Assembly: GCA_022573225.1 (NCBI GenBank)
Contig: JACZUI010000003.1
Span: 11,798-75,797, forward strand
Origin: Acidobacteriota bacterium
Lineage (GTDB): Bacteria; Actinomycetota; Acidimicrobiia; Spongiisociales; ZC4RG35
DNA length: 64,000 nucleotides
Direction: 5' to 3'
Position numbers and translations under genes: made by a program. Positions 17,346 to 25,760 of the stretch are shown one piece after another. The notes beneath the pieces were generated by a model, which worked only from the letters and a program-made list of their open reading frames with translations, searched no databases and had not been told where the DNA came from. Each line of letters begins with the position of its first letter. Position 1 is the first letter of the stretch.

Positions 17346-17900
17346 GTGAACAATGTCGAACCTCGTGTTGTCGTAGTGGCCAACCGGCTGCCGGTCTCTT
17401 GGGACGACGAGGCCGAGGCATGGCAAACAAGTCCCGGAGGTCTGGTTGCTGGCCTGACGCCGATCCTCGAGCAAACTCGGGGCACTTCGGTCGGCTGGTC
17501 GGGAGTTCCCGATCGTGAATTCGCCCCTTTCGCCCACGGTGGCATCAGGCAGTTGCCGGTTGATCTGACTCGTGCCCAGTCCGAAGAATTCTACGTCGGA
17601 TTCTGTAACGGCACGCTTTGGCCCCTCTATCACGACTCGGTCAGAGCACCCCAGTTCCATCGCCATTGGTGGAGGCCCTACAAGGAGGTGAACCAGCGGT
17701 TTGCCGACGTTGCGGCCAAGGCGTTGACCTCGGAAGACGTTGCCTGGGTCCAGGACTATCAGCTCCAACTGGTGCCCCAGATGCTCCGGGAGATTTCAGA
17801 CCTGCATCGCATCGGCTTCTATCTCCACATCCCTTTCCCTCCAGTGGAGCTCTTTTCGAAGATGCCTTGGCGGAACCAGACGAGGCAAACCGACGAATGA
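17346..17900 (+). pseudogene. otsA: Trehalose-6-phosphate synthase (OtsA, GT20) N-terminal fragment; the C-terminal ~290 aa are missing
   Basis: The 184-aa ORF matches the OtsA N-terminus up to the HIPFP...PWR motif, then terminates. Only ~40 nt separate it from otsB, and the two are in different frames. Confidence 0.65.
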
Positions 17901-17940
17901 AGGGCTTGAGGCGGTCGGTTTCGTCCCACGACGTCTTCTG

Positions 17941-18699
17941 GTGGGCAGAGCGTTGTCTGAGCGCACCGGGCATTTGAACCTGTTTCAGGCCATCGACGAT
18001 GCGGTCGCGGGCGGCGGTCTTCTGGTCGCGGCAGATTTTGATGGCACGCTGGCCCCGCTGGTAGCCAACCCCGACGAAGCAGTGACGAATTCCAGGGCAA
18101 TGGCTGCTCTCCTCGAGCTGGCCTCTCGAACAGGGGTCACGGTGGCCATCGTGTCAGGCCGGCGTCGCGAGGATCTCGAAAGCCTTGTGGGGCATGCGCC
18201 CGGTGTGACTCTCGTTGGCGAGCATGGAAACGACTACGGGGATTCGTCGGGCCCGATTGACTCCCAGATCGGCGAGATCAGATCCGAATTAGAGGCGGTT
18301 GCCGCGACGGCGCCCGGATCCATCGTGGAGTCGAAACGCCACTCGGTGGCTTTTCACCATCGAAACGCTGGGAGGAAGGATGCCGCCAGAGCCCTCCAGC
18401 GAATTCGAGCGTGGGCCGCCGACAGAACCGGGATCACGATCACGGAGGGAAAGATGATTCTTGAGCTCAGCGTTGCCACCAGAGACAAGGGCAACGCCGT
18501 TGCCGACCTGATCGACGAATCGGGTGCACGAAGCGTTCTGTTCTTAGGCGACGACACAACCGACGAGACCGTCTTCGCCATGTTGCGGCCCGTCGACATT
18601 GGGGTCAAGGTTGGCCCGGGGGCATCGGCTGCCAAATACCGGGTCAAGGACATTGAAGCGGTGGCAGAGCTGTTGGAACGGGTCAATGACGTCTTCTAG
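17941..18699 (+). CDS. otsB: Trehalose-6-phosphate phosphatase (HAD family)
   Basis: HAD motif I (ADFDGTLAP), the SGR motif, and motif III/IV (LFLGDDTTDE). There is no in-frame ATG; the likely GTG start is at 17941 (the ORF track extends it artefactually to 17740). Confidence 0.75.
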   Translation: MGRALSERTGHLNLFQAIDDAVAGGGLLVAADFDGTLAPLVANPDEAVTNSRAMAALLELASRTGVTVAIVSGRRREDLESLVGHAPGVTLVGEHGNDYGDSSGPIDSQIGEIRSELEAVAATAPGSIVESKRHSVAFHHRNAGRKDAARALQRIRAWAADRTGITITEGKMILELSVATRDKGNAVADLIDESGARSVLFLGDDTTDETVFAMLRPVDIGVKVGPGASAAKYRVKDIEAVAELLERVNDVF

Positions 18700-19645
18700 T
18701 ACCACTTCTAGTGCCACTGGGAGCGAACAGTCGGTTACCCGGGAAGACATCCGGTCGGCCGCTGGGCGAATCACCAGCCACATCCGAAAGACCCCGGTGC
18801 TTCCGCTGGGAGACGTCTTCGACCGCGGCTTTGAGCTGTCGTTGAAGCTCGACAATCTGCAGCCGACCGGGTCTTTCAAGGTTCGTGGTGCATTCTCCGC
18901 GTTGACCTCGATCGAGATTCCGGCTGCGGGTGTGGTTGCGGCGTCAGGGGGCAACTTTGGGCTGGCGGTCGCCTACGCATGTCAGCGACTCGGCCATGAG
19001 GCAACGATCTTCGTCCCGGAGATATCACCGGCGGAGAAGACAGCCAAGATTGCTGCATTGGGAGCCGACTTGCGTTTCATTCCGGGGTATTACGCACAGG
19101 CGTTGGAGGCCTCTGAAGAATGGGCTGGCGACAAGGGGGCAGTGGAGGTCCACGCCTATGACCAACTCGAGGTAATGGCGGGACAGGGCACCTGCGCACT
19201 TGAGATCAGCCGTCAGGTTCCAAACGTGACCTCGGTCCTGGTCGCCGTTGGTGGAGGCGGTCTGATAGGAGGGATCGCCAGTTGGTTGCGAGACGACGCC
19301 GTGGTTGTGGGAGTCGAGCCAGAACTGTGCCCCACCCTGCACGAGGCGCGCCGCCAGGGGGGTCCGGTCGAGGTGGAAGTTGGTGGCGTAGCGGCCTCGT
19401 CTCTCGGAGCAGCCCGGTTAGGTGATCTACCTTGGATGGCAAATCGGTGGATCGACCAGTCCCTCCTCGTCGACGATGGGGACATCGTCGAGGCCCAGAC
19501 CTGGCTGTGGGAGACGTGTCGCATCGTTGCCGAGCCGTCGGCGTGCACGACGATCGCGGCGCTTCTCACCGGCGCCCTGCAACCTTCTTCGGAAGACAAG
19601 GTGGTGGCAGTCATCTCCGGTGCCAACACAGGAGTCGAGTTCTAG
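18686..19645 (+). CDS. PLP-dependent threonine/serine dehydratase (tryptophan synthase beta superfamily)
   Basis: The PLP-lysine motif QPTGSFKVRGA and a glycine-rich loop (VAVGGGGLIGGIA). ATG at 18686 overlaps the otsB stop; the longer ORF-track N-terminus is not protein-like. Confidence 0.75.
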   Translation: MTSSSTTSSATGSEQSVTREDIRSAAGRITSHIRKTPVLPLGDVFDRGFELSLKLDNLQPTGSFKVRGAFSALTSIEIPAAGVVAASGGNFGLAVAYACQRLGHEATIFVPEISPAEKTAKIAALGADLRFIPGYYAQALEASEEWAGDKGAVEVHAYDQLEVMAGQGTCALEISRQVPNVTSVLVAVGGGGLIGGIASWLRDDAVVVGVEPELCPTLHEARRQGGPVEVEVGGVAASSLGAARLGDLPWMANRWIDQSLLVDDGDIVEAQTWLWETCRIVAEPSACTTIAALLTGALQPSSEDKVVAVISGANTGVEF

Positions 19646-20028
19646 GAGTCTGTTGAGCGGGCTCCTAACGGCTGGTCCGAGGCGGGCTCCATCAAACCAA
19701 AGACCTCGCCGCCGGGTCCTTCGATCTGGATCCATCTTCCCACGCCTTCGATCTCCATTACATCGGTGAGGAGGCTCCCGCCGCTGATTTCCACGGCCTG
19801 AATCGCCGCATCCAGATCGTCGACATTGCAAGTGGCCAGCGTTTTTGGCCCATCGTCACCGGAGCGCGCCACGGCGCCGTTGATCCCGGGGCCATCGCCG
19901 GTATCGAGTAGCCAGTAATCCTCGTCACCCCATCGCTGCGCGGCCCAGCCGAAGGCCTTGGCGAGAAACTTGACGGTCGCCTCGGGGTCGTTCGAATAGA
20001 ACTCAAAGTGGGTCGGTCGCACCGCCAC
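19642..20028 (-). CDS. VOC/glyoxalase-family protein
   Basis: 128 aa; the FEFYSNDPEATVKFLAKAFGW...GGEVFGLME pattern is typical of the glyoxalase/bleomycin-resistance fold. Confidence 0.65.
   Translation of the reverse strand: MAVRPTHFEFYSNDPEATVKFLAKAFGWAAQRWGDEDYWLLDTGDGPGINGAVARSGDDGPKTLATCNVDDLDAAIQAVEISGGSLLTDVMEIEGVGRWIQIEGPGGEVFGLMEPASDQPLGARSTDS
19651..19668. repeat. Partial copy of the 30-bp element (TGTTGAGCGGGCTCCTAA) at the convergent 3' ends of the threonine dehydratase and VOC genes
   Basis: 17/18 match to the TGTTCAGCGGGCTCCTAA core; it overlaps the last codons of the VOC gene. Confidence 0.45.
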
Positions 20029-20139
20029 GTAGTCTCCTCTCAGTACACATCGACGTATCAGGTCGCTGTAGGGAACCTAGTGCCCAGTGGCCCATGACGA
20101 GTCCTTGGGTAGGGGAACGTCCAGAGCCATACTCGCCGC

Positions 20140-21033
20140 GTGATCCGCACTTTCGTCAAGACCCTGGCTGAAGGGTTTCTCATGGGCTCGGCGAATCTGG
20201 TTCCTGGAGTCTCCGGCGGAACTATTGCCCTGGTACTTGGCATATACGAAAGACTGATCGACTCGATCACGGAGGGTAGTTCTGCTCTGGGCGCTCTCGT
20301 CAAAGGGGATCTGAAAGGTTCCAGTCAGCGTTTCCGGCAAGTGGAGTGGCCTTTCCTGCTGTCGATGATGGCTGGGATTCTCCTGGCAGTGGTCCTGCTT
20401 GCGGCCTTTCTCGAACGCCAGTTGGAGGAGCACCCCACAGTGCTCGCGGCCGCGTTCTTCGGCCTGGTCGCCGGGTCGATAATCGTCGCGTGGCGTTTGC
20501 TCGAGAGCCCAGGACCGCGACACCTTGTCCTCGCGACTGTGGTCGGCGTGGTGCTCTTTGTCCTCCTTGGCCTGGGAGGCACATCGGAGGCCATCGACCC
20601 CGGGTTGATCGCCTTTTTCGGAGCCGGAGCCTTGGCGATCTGTGCCATGATCCTGCCCGGGCTCTCAGGCTCGTTGCTTCTAATCCTGGTCGGGATGTAC
20701 GCCGCCGTTCTCGCCGCCGTCAACGATCGGGATTTCCAGAGTGTCGCTGTCTTCGCTCTTGGGGCGATAATCGGGCTGGCCCTGTTCTCCCAGATCCTCC
20801 ACTGGGCATTGGAGCATCATCACGACTTTCTTCTGGCCGGACTGGTTGGTCTGATGGCTGGATCCCTCCGGATACTGTGGCCCTGGCCCGATGGCGTTGG
20901 CAGCGCAATGATCGCGGCCCCGGGAGATGATTGGGTGGTTGCTCTGCTTGCCTCTGTTGTCGGCCTCAGCGCCGTGTTCCTCATATCCCGCATCGGCGAT
21001 GCTCGGGGCGCGAACCAGGAATCTGCCGAATGA
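20140..21033 (+). CDS. DUF368-family polytopic membrane protein
   Basis: 297 aa with about 8 TM helices and the signature LVPGVSGGTIALVLGIYE ... ILPGLSGSLLLIL duplication typical of DUF368. Confidence 0.7.
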   Translation: MIRTFVKTLAEGFLMGSANLVPGVSGGTIALVLGIYERLIDSITEGSSALGALVKGDLKGSSQRFRQVEWPFLLSMMAGILLAVVLLAAFLERQLEEHPTVLAAAFFGLVAGSIIVAWRLLESPGPRHLVLATVVGVVLFVLLGLGGTSEAIDPGLIAFFGAGALAICAMILPGLSGSLLLILVGMYAAVLAAVNDRDFQSVAVFALGAIIGLALFSQILHWALEHHHDFLLAGLVGLMAGSLRILWPWPDGVGSAMIAAPGDDWVVALLASVVGLSAVFLISRIGDARGANQESAE

Positions 21034-21040
21034 TGCCGTT

Positions 21041-21070
21041 GAGTGACATGCGTTGTTCAGCGGGCTCCTA
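21041..21070. repeat. 30-bp repeat element copy A (GAGTGACATGCGTTGTTCAGCGGGCTCCTA) between convergent gene ends (DUF368 / patatin)
   Basis: Near-identical (29/30) to the copy at 37938-37967. Its last 3 nt are the complement of the patatin stop codon. Confidence 0.7.
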
Positions 21071-22045
21071 AAACGCTGCGACCTTTTCCTCTGACCCGGA
21101 GCCGATCAAATGATGGCTGAGCCGTTCCCACACCTCGGGCCGGGCCAGCGTCCGCTTCATCGAGATCAGGGTCCGCATGAATGTTGCCACTGCCCGGGAT
21201 GGATCCATCGGGTTGGGACGCATTGCATTCTGCACTGAAGGCGACGGACTCAGTGTCACCACATCACAATCAGGCCAGGCGCTCTTGATGATCTTGATCT
21301 CCTCCTGCAGCGAGCGCTGGCCGACACGATCGAACATCTTTTCGTGAAACATGGCGCCTTTGCGTTGAACCTCCGCAGCAAGCGGCGCGATAACCAGAAC
21401 CAGGTCGAGCGGCCGATCGGAACCAAGAACCAGGTCGGCGTGGGTGCCCGAGGCGACACCACCATCTACATAGAGGCCATCGCCGACGGAGTAGGGCCTG
21501 AAGAAGAGGGGGATCGCTGACGAGGCCGCGACTGCGTCGGCCAGCGCCGCCTCTGGTGCACCCTCAGTTCCGAAGGCGGTTCGGGTCCGGGAGCGAAGGT
21601 CATACGCGACAACAGCTGTCGGCCTGTCGGGCCAAGAGCCCGCAGCGGCTTGTCCTATCTGGGACGTGACCCAGTTCGACAAACCGGCGGCGTCGTAGCG
21701 TGCCGGGGAGCCGAGAAACATGGTCAGACCCGGCCTGCGAATGGCGGGGGCGATGCCGTAGCGAAGCCATTTCCCCACGGCTACGCCCGGGCCGGCATTG
21801 AAAACATGGCTACGGATACGCTGGGCAACGGCTGCCCGGTCGTCGTCTCGGAGCACCAGTGAGTCCAGGTCGAGGGCATCGTTGCGCACCAGCGCCGCAA
21901 CATATGCACCGCTCGAGGTACCTACTAGAACCTCAGAGTCGTTCGGTTCCCAGCTAGTAGCGATACGTATCGCCATGAGGGCCGCCATCTCATAGGCGGC
22001 GCCAGTTATGCCTCCTCCACCGAGGACCAGTCCTACCCTGCGCAC
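21068..22045 (-). CDS. Patatin-like phospholipase
   Basis: Oxyanion hole GGGGITG, nucleophile elbow GTSSGA (GxSxG), and the catalytic DGG (YVDGGVASG). Confidence 0.8.
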   Translation of the reverse strand: MRRVGLVLGGGGITGAAYEMAALMAIRIATSWEPNDSEVLVGTSSGAYVAALVRNDALDLDSLVLRDDDRAAVAQRIRSHVFNAGPGVAVGKWLRYGIAPAIRRPGLTMFLGSPARYDAAGLSNWVTSQIGQAAAGSWPDRPTAVVAYDLRSRTRTAFGTEGAPEAALADAVAASSAIPLFFRPYSVGDGLYVDGGVASGTHADLVLGSDRPLDLVLVIAPLAAEVQRKGAMFHEKMFDRVGQRSLQEEIKIIKSAWPDCDVVTLSPSPSVQNAMRPNPMDPSRAVATFMRTLISMKRTLARPEVWERLSHHLIGSGSEEKVAAF

Positions 22046-22114
22046 CGGCTCACCATAGGAGCAGGCGAGCGTCTTCGTAGATCGCCACAGACCACCGGTT
22101 TGCGCAATAGAGAC

Positions 22115-22324
22115 TTAGCCGAAGGTTTGGCCACATCCGGTGCATCGTTGGTCATTTTCCTGCGTAGGCCCGTAACACCATGGGCATGGCAGGTCGTCGC
22201 CTCGGTCGTCCCGCGGGGTCACAACCAGTGATGGACTCACTTCGTAGCGCTGATTTCCCCTTATCCCCTTAGCCAAAGCGAACAGACCAGTAGTCGCAGT
22301 TGCTGCTATCAAAGCTTCCAACAT
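22115..22324 (-). CDS. Small hypothetical protein with N-terminal hydrophobic helix and C-terminal CxxC...CxxC zinc-ribbon
   Basis: 69-aa ORF between the patatin and kinase genes on the same strand; CPWC and CTGC motifs. Low confidence, since short ORFs in high-GC DNA are often spurious. Confidence 0.3.
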   Translation of the reverse strand: MLEALIAATATTGLFALAKGIRGNQRYEVSPSLVVTPRDDRGDDLPCPWCYGPTQENDQRCTGCGQTFG

Positions 22325-22387
22325 CGGTCCGTCCTCCTTGCCTTCGCAGCGATGAGGCTAAGAGGGGACCCGGCAGATTCGGTGGAT

Positions 22388-23233
22388 TTAGGTACCGAGA
22401 ACGGCCTCGGTCAGATCGTTGACCAGGTATTGGAGGTCGCCTAGCCGTCCTTCTCGGACCTCGGCTGCCTCGAGCATGAGCATCGACGCGTGGTAGGCGA
22501 CCCACGGCCGGTAACGACTCTCGGGAAGCTCGGCTTCGTAGCCACTCCGGAATGCGGCGGCGGCGTCCTCACCGATGCGGCCTGCCAACTGCCAGACGGT
22601 GAAAGTCAAGTCCCACTCCGGTGGAGCGAGCGTGGCCCACTCCCAGTCGACGATGGTCACTTCAGACTCGTCGTTGACCATGATCTTGGACAGCATCGTC
22701 TTGGTATGAGACGGGGCAGGTTCCGTGGCCAGCGGTGGCTCCATTTCCAGAGCCCGCTTGAGGACCTCCTGCTCCATGCCGAATCGGCGGCGGTACCTGC
22801 CGAGGCGCTCGATGGTGGAGCGATAGTGGCTCAGCACATAGTCGGCATCTATGCCGGCCGACAGATTGGTGATTTTCACATTTGACGTGTGAATGCCGCG
22901 CAAGGTCTTGCCGGCGGTCTCGACGGTCTCAACATTCTTGGGGAGCGTCCCCAGGCTCCAGTGGCCGCCGTCGGTCAACTTGAGCCAAGCCATTTCGCCC
23001 TCGGTTCCACCGTTGAGGATACGGGGAACGCCTGGAGTGCCCGACAGGGCCTCGAGAGCGTATCGCTCTCGCCTTTCCCGGGATGCAACCGGGTAAACCT
23101 TGATAATCGTGTCTGGACCGTCGGAGTCATCCACGCGGAACACCTTGTTGGCCCCGGCTCTAGCGATGGAGCCCGAAAGTTCCCGCACGTTGGCGTTCGG
23201 ATGAAGACTTGCGACCAGCTCTCGAGCGTCCAT
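22388..23233 (-). CDS. Phosphotransferase-family protein (aminoglycoside phosphotransferase / choline-kinase-like kinase fold)
   Basis: The APH-like motifs HTSNVKI and IVDWEWA.L.PPEWDL. The ORF extends to 23305, but MDARELVA (23233) is the more plausible start. Confidence 0.65.
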   Translation of the reverse strand: MDARELVASLHPNANVRELSGSIARAGANKVFRVDDSDGPDTIIKVYPVASRERRERYALEALSGTPGVPRILNGGTEGEMAWLKLTDGGHWSLGTLPKNVETVETAGKTLRGIHTSNVKITNLSAGIDADYVLSHYRSTIERLGRYRRRFGMEQEVLKRALEMEPPLATEPAPSHTKTMLSKIMVNDESEVTIVDWEWATLAPPEWDLTFTVWQLAGRIGEDAAAAFRSGYEAELPESRYRPWVAYHASMLMLEAAEVREGRLGDLQYLVNDLTEAVLGT

Positions 23234-23324
23234 TCTCTGGTAACCCTTCTTCTGATTGAAATGCCGACTCCGTTGGTCCGGCAGGCAATTAGCCTCTTGG
23301 CGCACCAGGCTAGCGAGTGAGATA

Positions 23325-25259
23325 GTGCCAGTAGATCTTCAATATCCTGACGGAACCGTCGTCACCCATCCGGGTGGCGTGACCGGTCTGGAGGTGGCCG
23401 AGTCGATCGGTCCCCGATTGGCCAAGGCGGCCGTTGCGATCAAACTCGATGGGGAGTTGCACGATCTCTCGCGGCCTATCGACTCCGACGGCGACTTTGC
23501 CGTAGTCACCCTGGACAGCGAGGACGGGTTGCACATCCTGAGGCATTCCTCGGCCCATGTCCTCGCCCAGGCAGTACTTGACCTCTTTGAGGGCGCCACG
23601 TTCGCCATCGGACCGGCAATCGAGGACGGCTTCTACTACGACTTCAAGGTCGAACACCCCTTCACCCGTGAGGATCTGGACAAGATCCAGGAGCGAATCG
23701 GCGAGATCATCGCCGAAGATCAGCCTTTTCAGCGGATATCGATGTCACGGGATCAAGCTCTGGGAGTCTTTTCGGATCACCAGTTCAAGACAGAGATCAT
23801 CGAAAGCGTCGACACCTCCGAGCTGGGTGGCGGCGAGGAGGTGACGGCCTACCGAAACCTTGACTTCATCGATCTCTGCCGGGGGCCGCATCTGCCCTCG
23901 ACCGGTCGTATTCCGGCGATCAAGCTCCTCCGCAGTTCCGGCGCCTACTGGCGTGGTGATGAGAAGCGCGACCAGCTTCAGCGTATCTACGGAACCGCCT
24001 GGGGCTCGACCAAGGATTTAGAGGCGTACCTTCACCGCCTCGAGGAGGCGGACAGGCGGGATCACCGCCGTCTCGGGCCCGAATTGGACCTGTACAGCTT
24101 CCCGCAAGAGCTCGGAGTGGGTCTGGCGGTGTGGCATCCCAAGGGCGGGATGTTGCGCAAGATTCTCGAAGACCACAGCCGGGCCATGCATCAACGGTAC
24201 GGCTTCGACTTTGTCTTCTCGCCCCACGTGGCCAAGTCCGACTTGTGGAGGATGTCGGGTCATCTCGACTACTTCGCCGAGAACATGTACCCAGCCATGC
24301 AGCGCGGCGACGACCCCGAGTATCGGCTCAGGCCGATGATGTGCCCATTTCACGCGCTGATCTATCGGAGCAAGGGGCGTTCCTACCGAGACCTGCCGCT
24401 CCGGTTCTCAGAGTTGGGTGGGGTTTATCGCTACGAGATGTCGGGTGCTGTTCATGGCCTGCTGCGAGTCCGCGGGCTGACCATGGACGACTCCCACACG
24501 TTCTGCACCGAGGATCAGATCCAGGACGAGCTGACGATGCATCTCAAGTTCGTCATCAACTGGCTGAGAGATTTCGGATTCGACGAGTTCGAGGCGGATC
24601 TCAGCACTAGGCCGGAGAAGGCAGTCGGGGACCCCGCCCGTTGGGAGGTCGCCGAGGCGGCGCTCGCCGACGCCCTGGAAGCCAACGGCGTTTCGTATCA
24701 GATCGACGAGGGCCAAGGAGCCTTCTACGGGCCCAAGATCGACGTCCACATCAAGGACGCGATCGGCCGTCGCTGGCAAGTGTCGACCATTCAGCTCGAC
24801 TTCACCCTCCCGGAAAGGTTCGAACTCGAATACGTCGCCGCGGGCAATGTGACCGAGCGGCCTTACATGATCCACTGTGCCAAGGCCGGCTCGATCGAGC
24901 GGTTCATGGCGATCCTGGTGGAGCATTACGCCGGTGCGTTTCCCATGTGGCTCGCCCCGGTTCAGGTGTCGGTGATACCTGTGGCCGATCGCCATGACAA
25001 GTACGGCGGCCATGTGGCCGACCGGCTTCGGGCGGCGGGGTTGCGAGTCGAGGTCGATGTCTCCAGCGACACCGTCGGCGACAAGATTCGGATCGCTCTC
25101 ACTCAGAAGCACCCGGCTGTGATCGTTGTTGGTGATAGCGATACCGAGAACACCAGCGTCGGACTGCGGTTCTATGGGGAGGACAAAGACACCCGGGGGG
25201 TCCCACTTGACTCTGCTGTCGACCAGCTGGCCGAGATGGCGAAGGCCCCTGGGACGTGA
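23325..25259 (+). CDS. thrS: Threonine--tRNA ligase
   Basis: TGS domain N-terminus (VDLQYPDGTVV), class II aaRS motifs, and an anticodon-binding domain. The likely start is GTG at 23325; the ORF track begins at TTG 23256. Confidence 0.9.
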   Translation: MPVDLQYPDGTVVTHPGGVTGLEVAESIGPRLAKAAVAIKLDGELHDLSRPIDSDGDFAVVTLDSEDGLHILRHSSAHVLAQAVLDLFEGATFAIGPAIEDGFYYDFKVEHPFTREDLDKIQERIGEIIAEDQPFQRISMSRDQALGVFSDHQFKTEIIESVDTSELGGGEEVTAYRNLDFIDLCRGPHLPSTGRIPAIKLLRSSGAYWRGDEKRDQLQRIYGTAWGSTKDLEAYLHRLEEADRRDHRRLGPELDLYSFPQELGVGLAVWHPKGGMLRKILEDHSRAMHQRYGFDFVFSPHVAKSDLWRMSGHLDYFAENMYPAMQRGDDPEYRLRPMMCPFHALIYRSKGRSYRDLPLRFSELGGVYRYEMSGAVHGLLRVRGLTMDDSHTFCTEDQIQDELTMHLKFVINWLRDFGFDEFEADLSTRPEKAVGDPARWEVAEAALADALEANGVSYQIDEGQGAFYGPKIDVHIKDAIGRRWQVSTIQLDFTLPERFELEYVAAGNVTERPYMIHCAKAGSIERFMAILVEHYAGAFPMWLAPVQVSVIPVADRHDKYGGHVADRLRAAGLRVEVDVSSDTVGDKIRIALTQKHPAVIVVGDSDTENTSVGLRFYGEDKDTRGVPLDSAVDQLAEMAKAPGT

Positions 25260-25744
25260 GCGAGCAGCAACCACGTGTAGACCGAGGCGGAATCCACATT
25301 GAGAGCGACCTGGCCGAGTCCCTGGTCATCGAGGAGGAGCTCGATTCCAACATCGTCGGCCCCTACCGGTTTCCCGCTCCCACCCGTCGACGGATCTCGG
25401 GCTGGATTTTCGTTGCCTTCGCGGCGATAGCGCTGTTGAGCATCGATGGCGGTTGGGTCCCTGCCATCGGGTTTGTCGTCCTGGCGATCTGGCAGTTTGC
25501 GTCGGCTTGGCCCCTGAACATCGATGAGCACAAGGCACTTGAGATCGCAGCTGCTGCGGTCAGCTTTCCGGTTGGGCACGCGTCGGCGGCAGTGACCTTC
25601 CAGGGGATCCGATCCCGACCGCGGTGGAGTGTGGTGCTCTATTCGGCCGAAGAACCACCGGACCAACGGGGCCTCGTCGTTGTGAATGCGGTATCTGGCG
25701 AGGTCGACGAGAATCCCTACGTGGAGAATGTCCCAGCGGTTTAG
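25256..25744 (+). CDS. Hypothetical membrane protein
   Basis: 162-aa ORF overlapping the thrS stop (GTGA), with two hydrophobic helices (WIFVAFAAIALLSIDGGWVPAIGFVVLAIWQF). Confidence 0.5.
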   Translation: MSEQQPRVDRGGIHIESDLAESLVIEEELDSNIVGPYRFPAPTRRRISGWIFVAFAAIALLSIDGGWVPAIGFVVLAIWQFASAWPLNIDEHKALEIAAAAVSFPVGHASAAVTFQGIRSRPRWSVVLYSAEEPPDQRGLVVVNAVSGEVDENPYVENVPAV

Positions 25745-25760
25745 AGGTCTCTCTCGGCCG

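Noticed and set aside
21029-21070. Micro-ORF MMPLSDMRCSAGS (and MSDMHCSAGS at 37934-37966) as a genuine leader peptide
   Set aside because: It is kept only as a note inside the repeat finding. There is no Shine-Dalgarno sequence, the third copy of the element has no such frame, and conservation is more simply explained at the DNA or RNA level.
23234-23324. Possible T-box or other leader upstream of thrS
   Set aside because: Only ~90 nt are available between the divergent kinase-fold gene and thrS, too short for a T-box (~250 nt); no specifier/T-box sequence was recognised.
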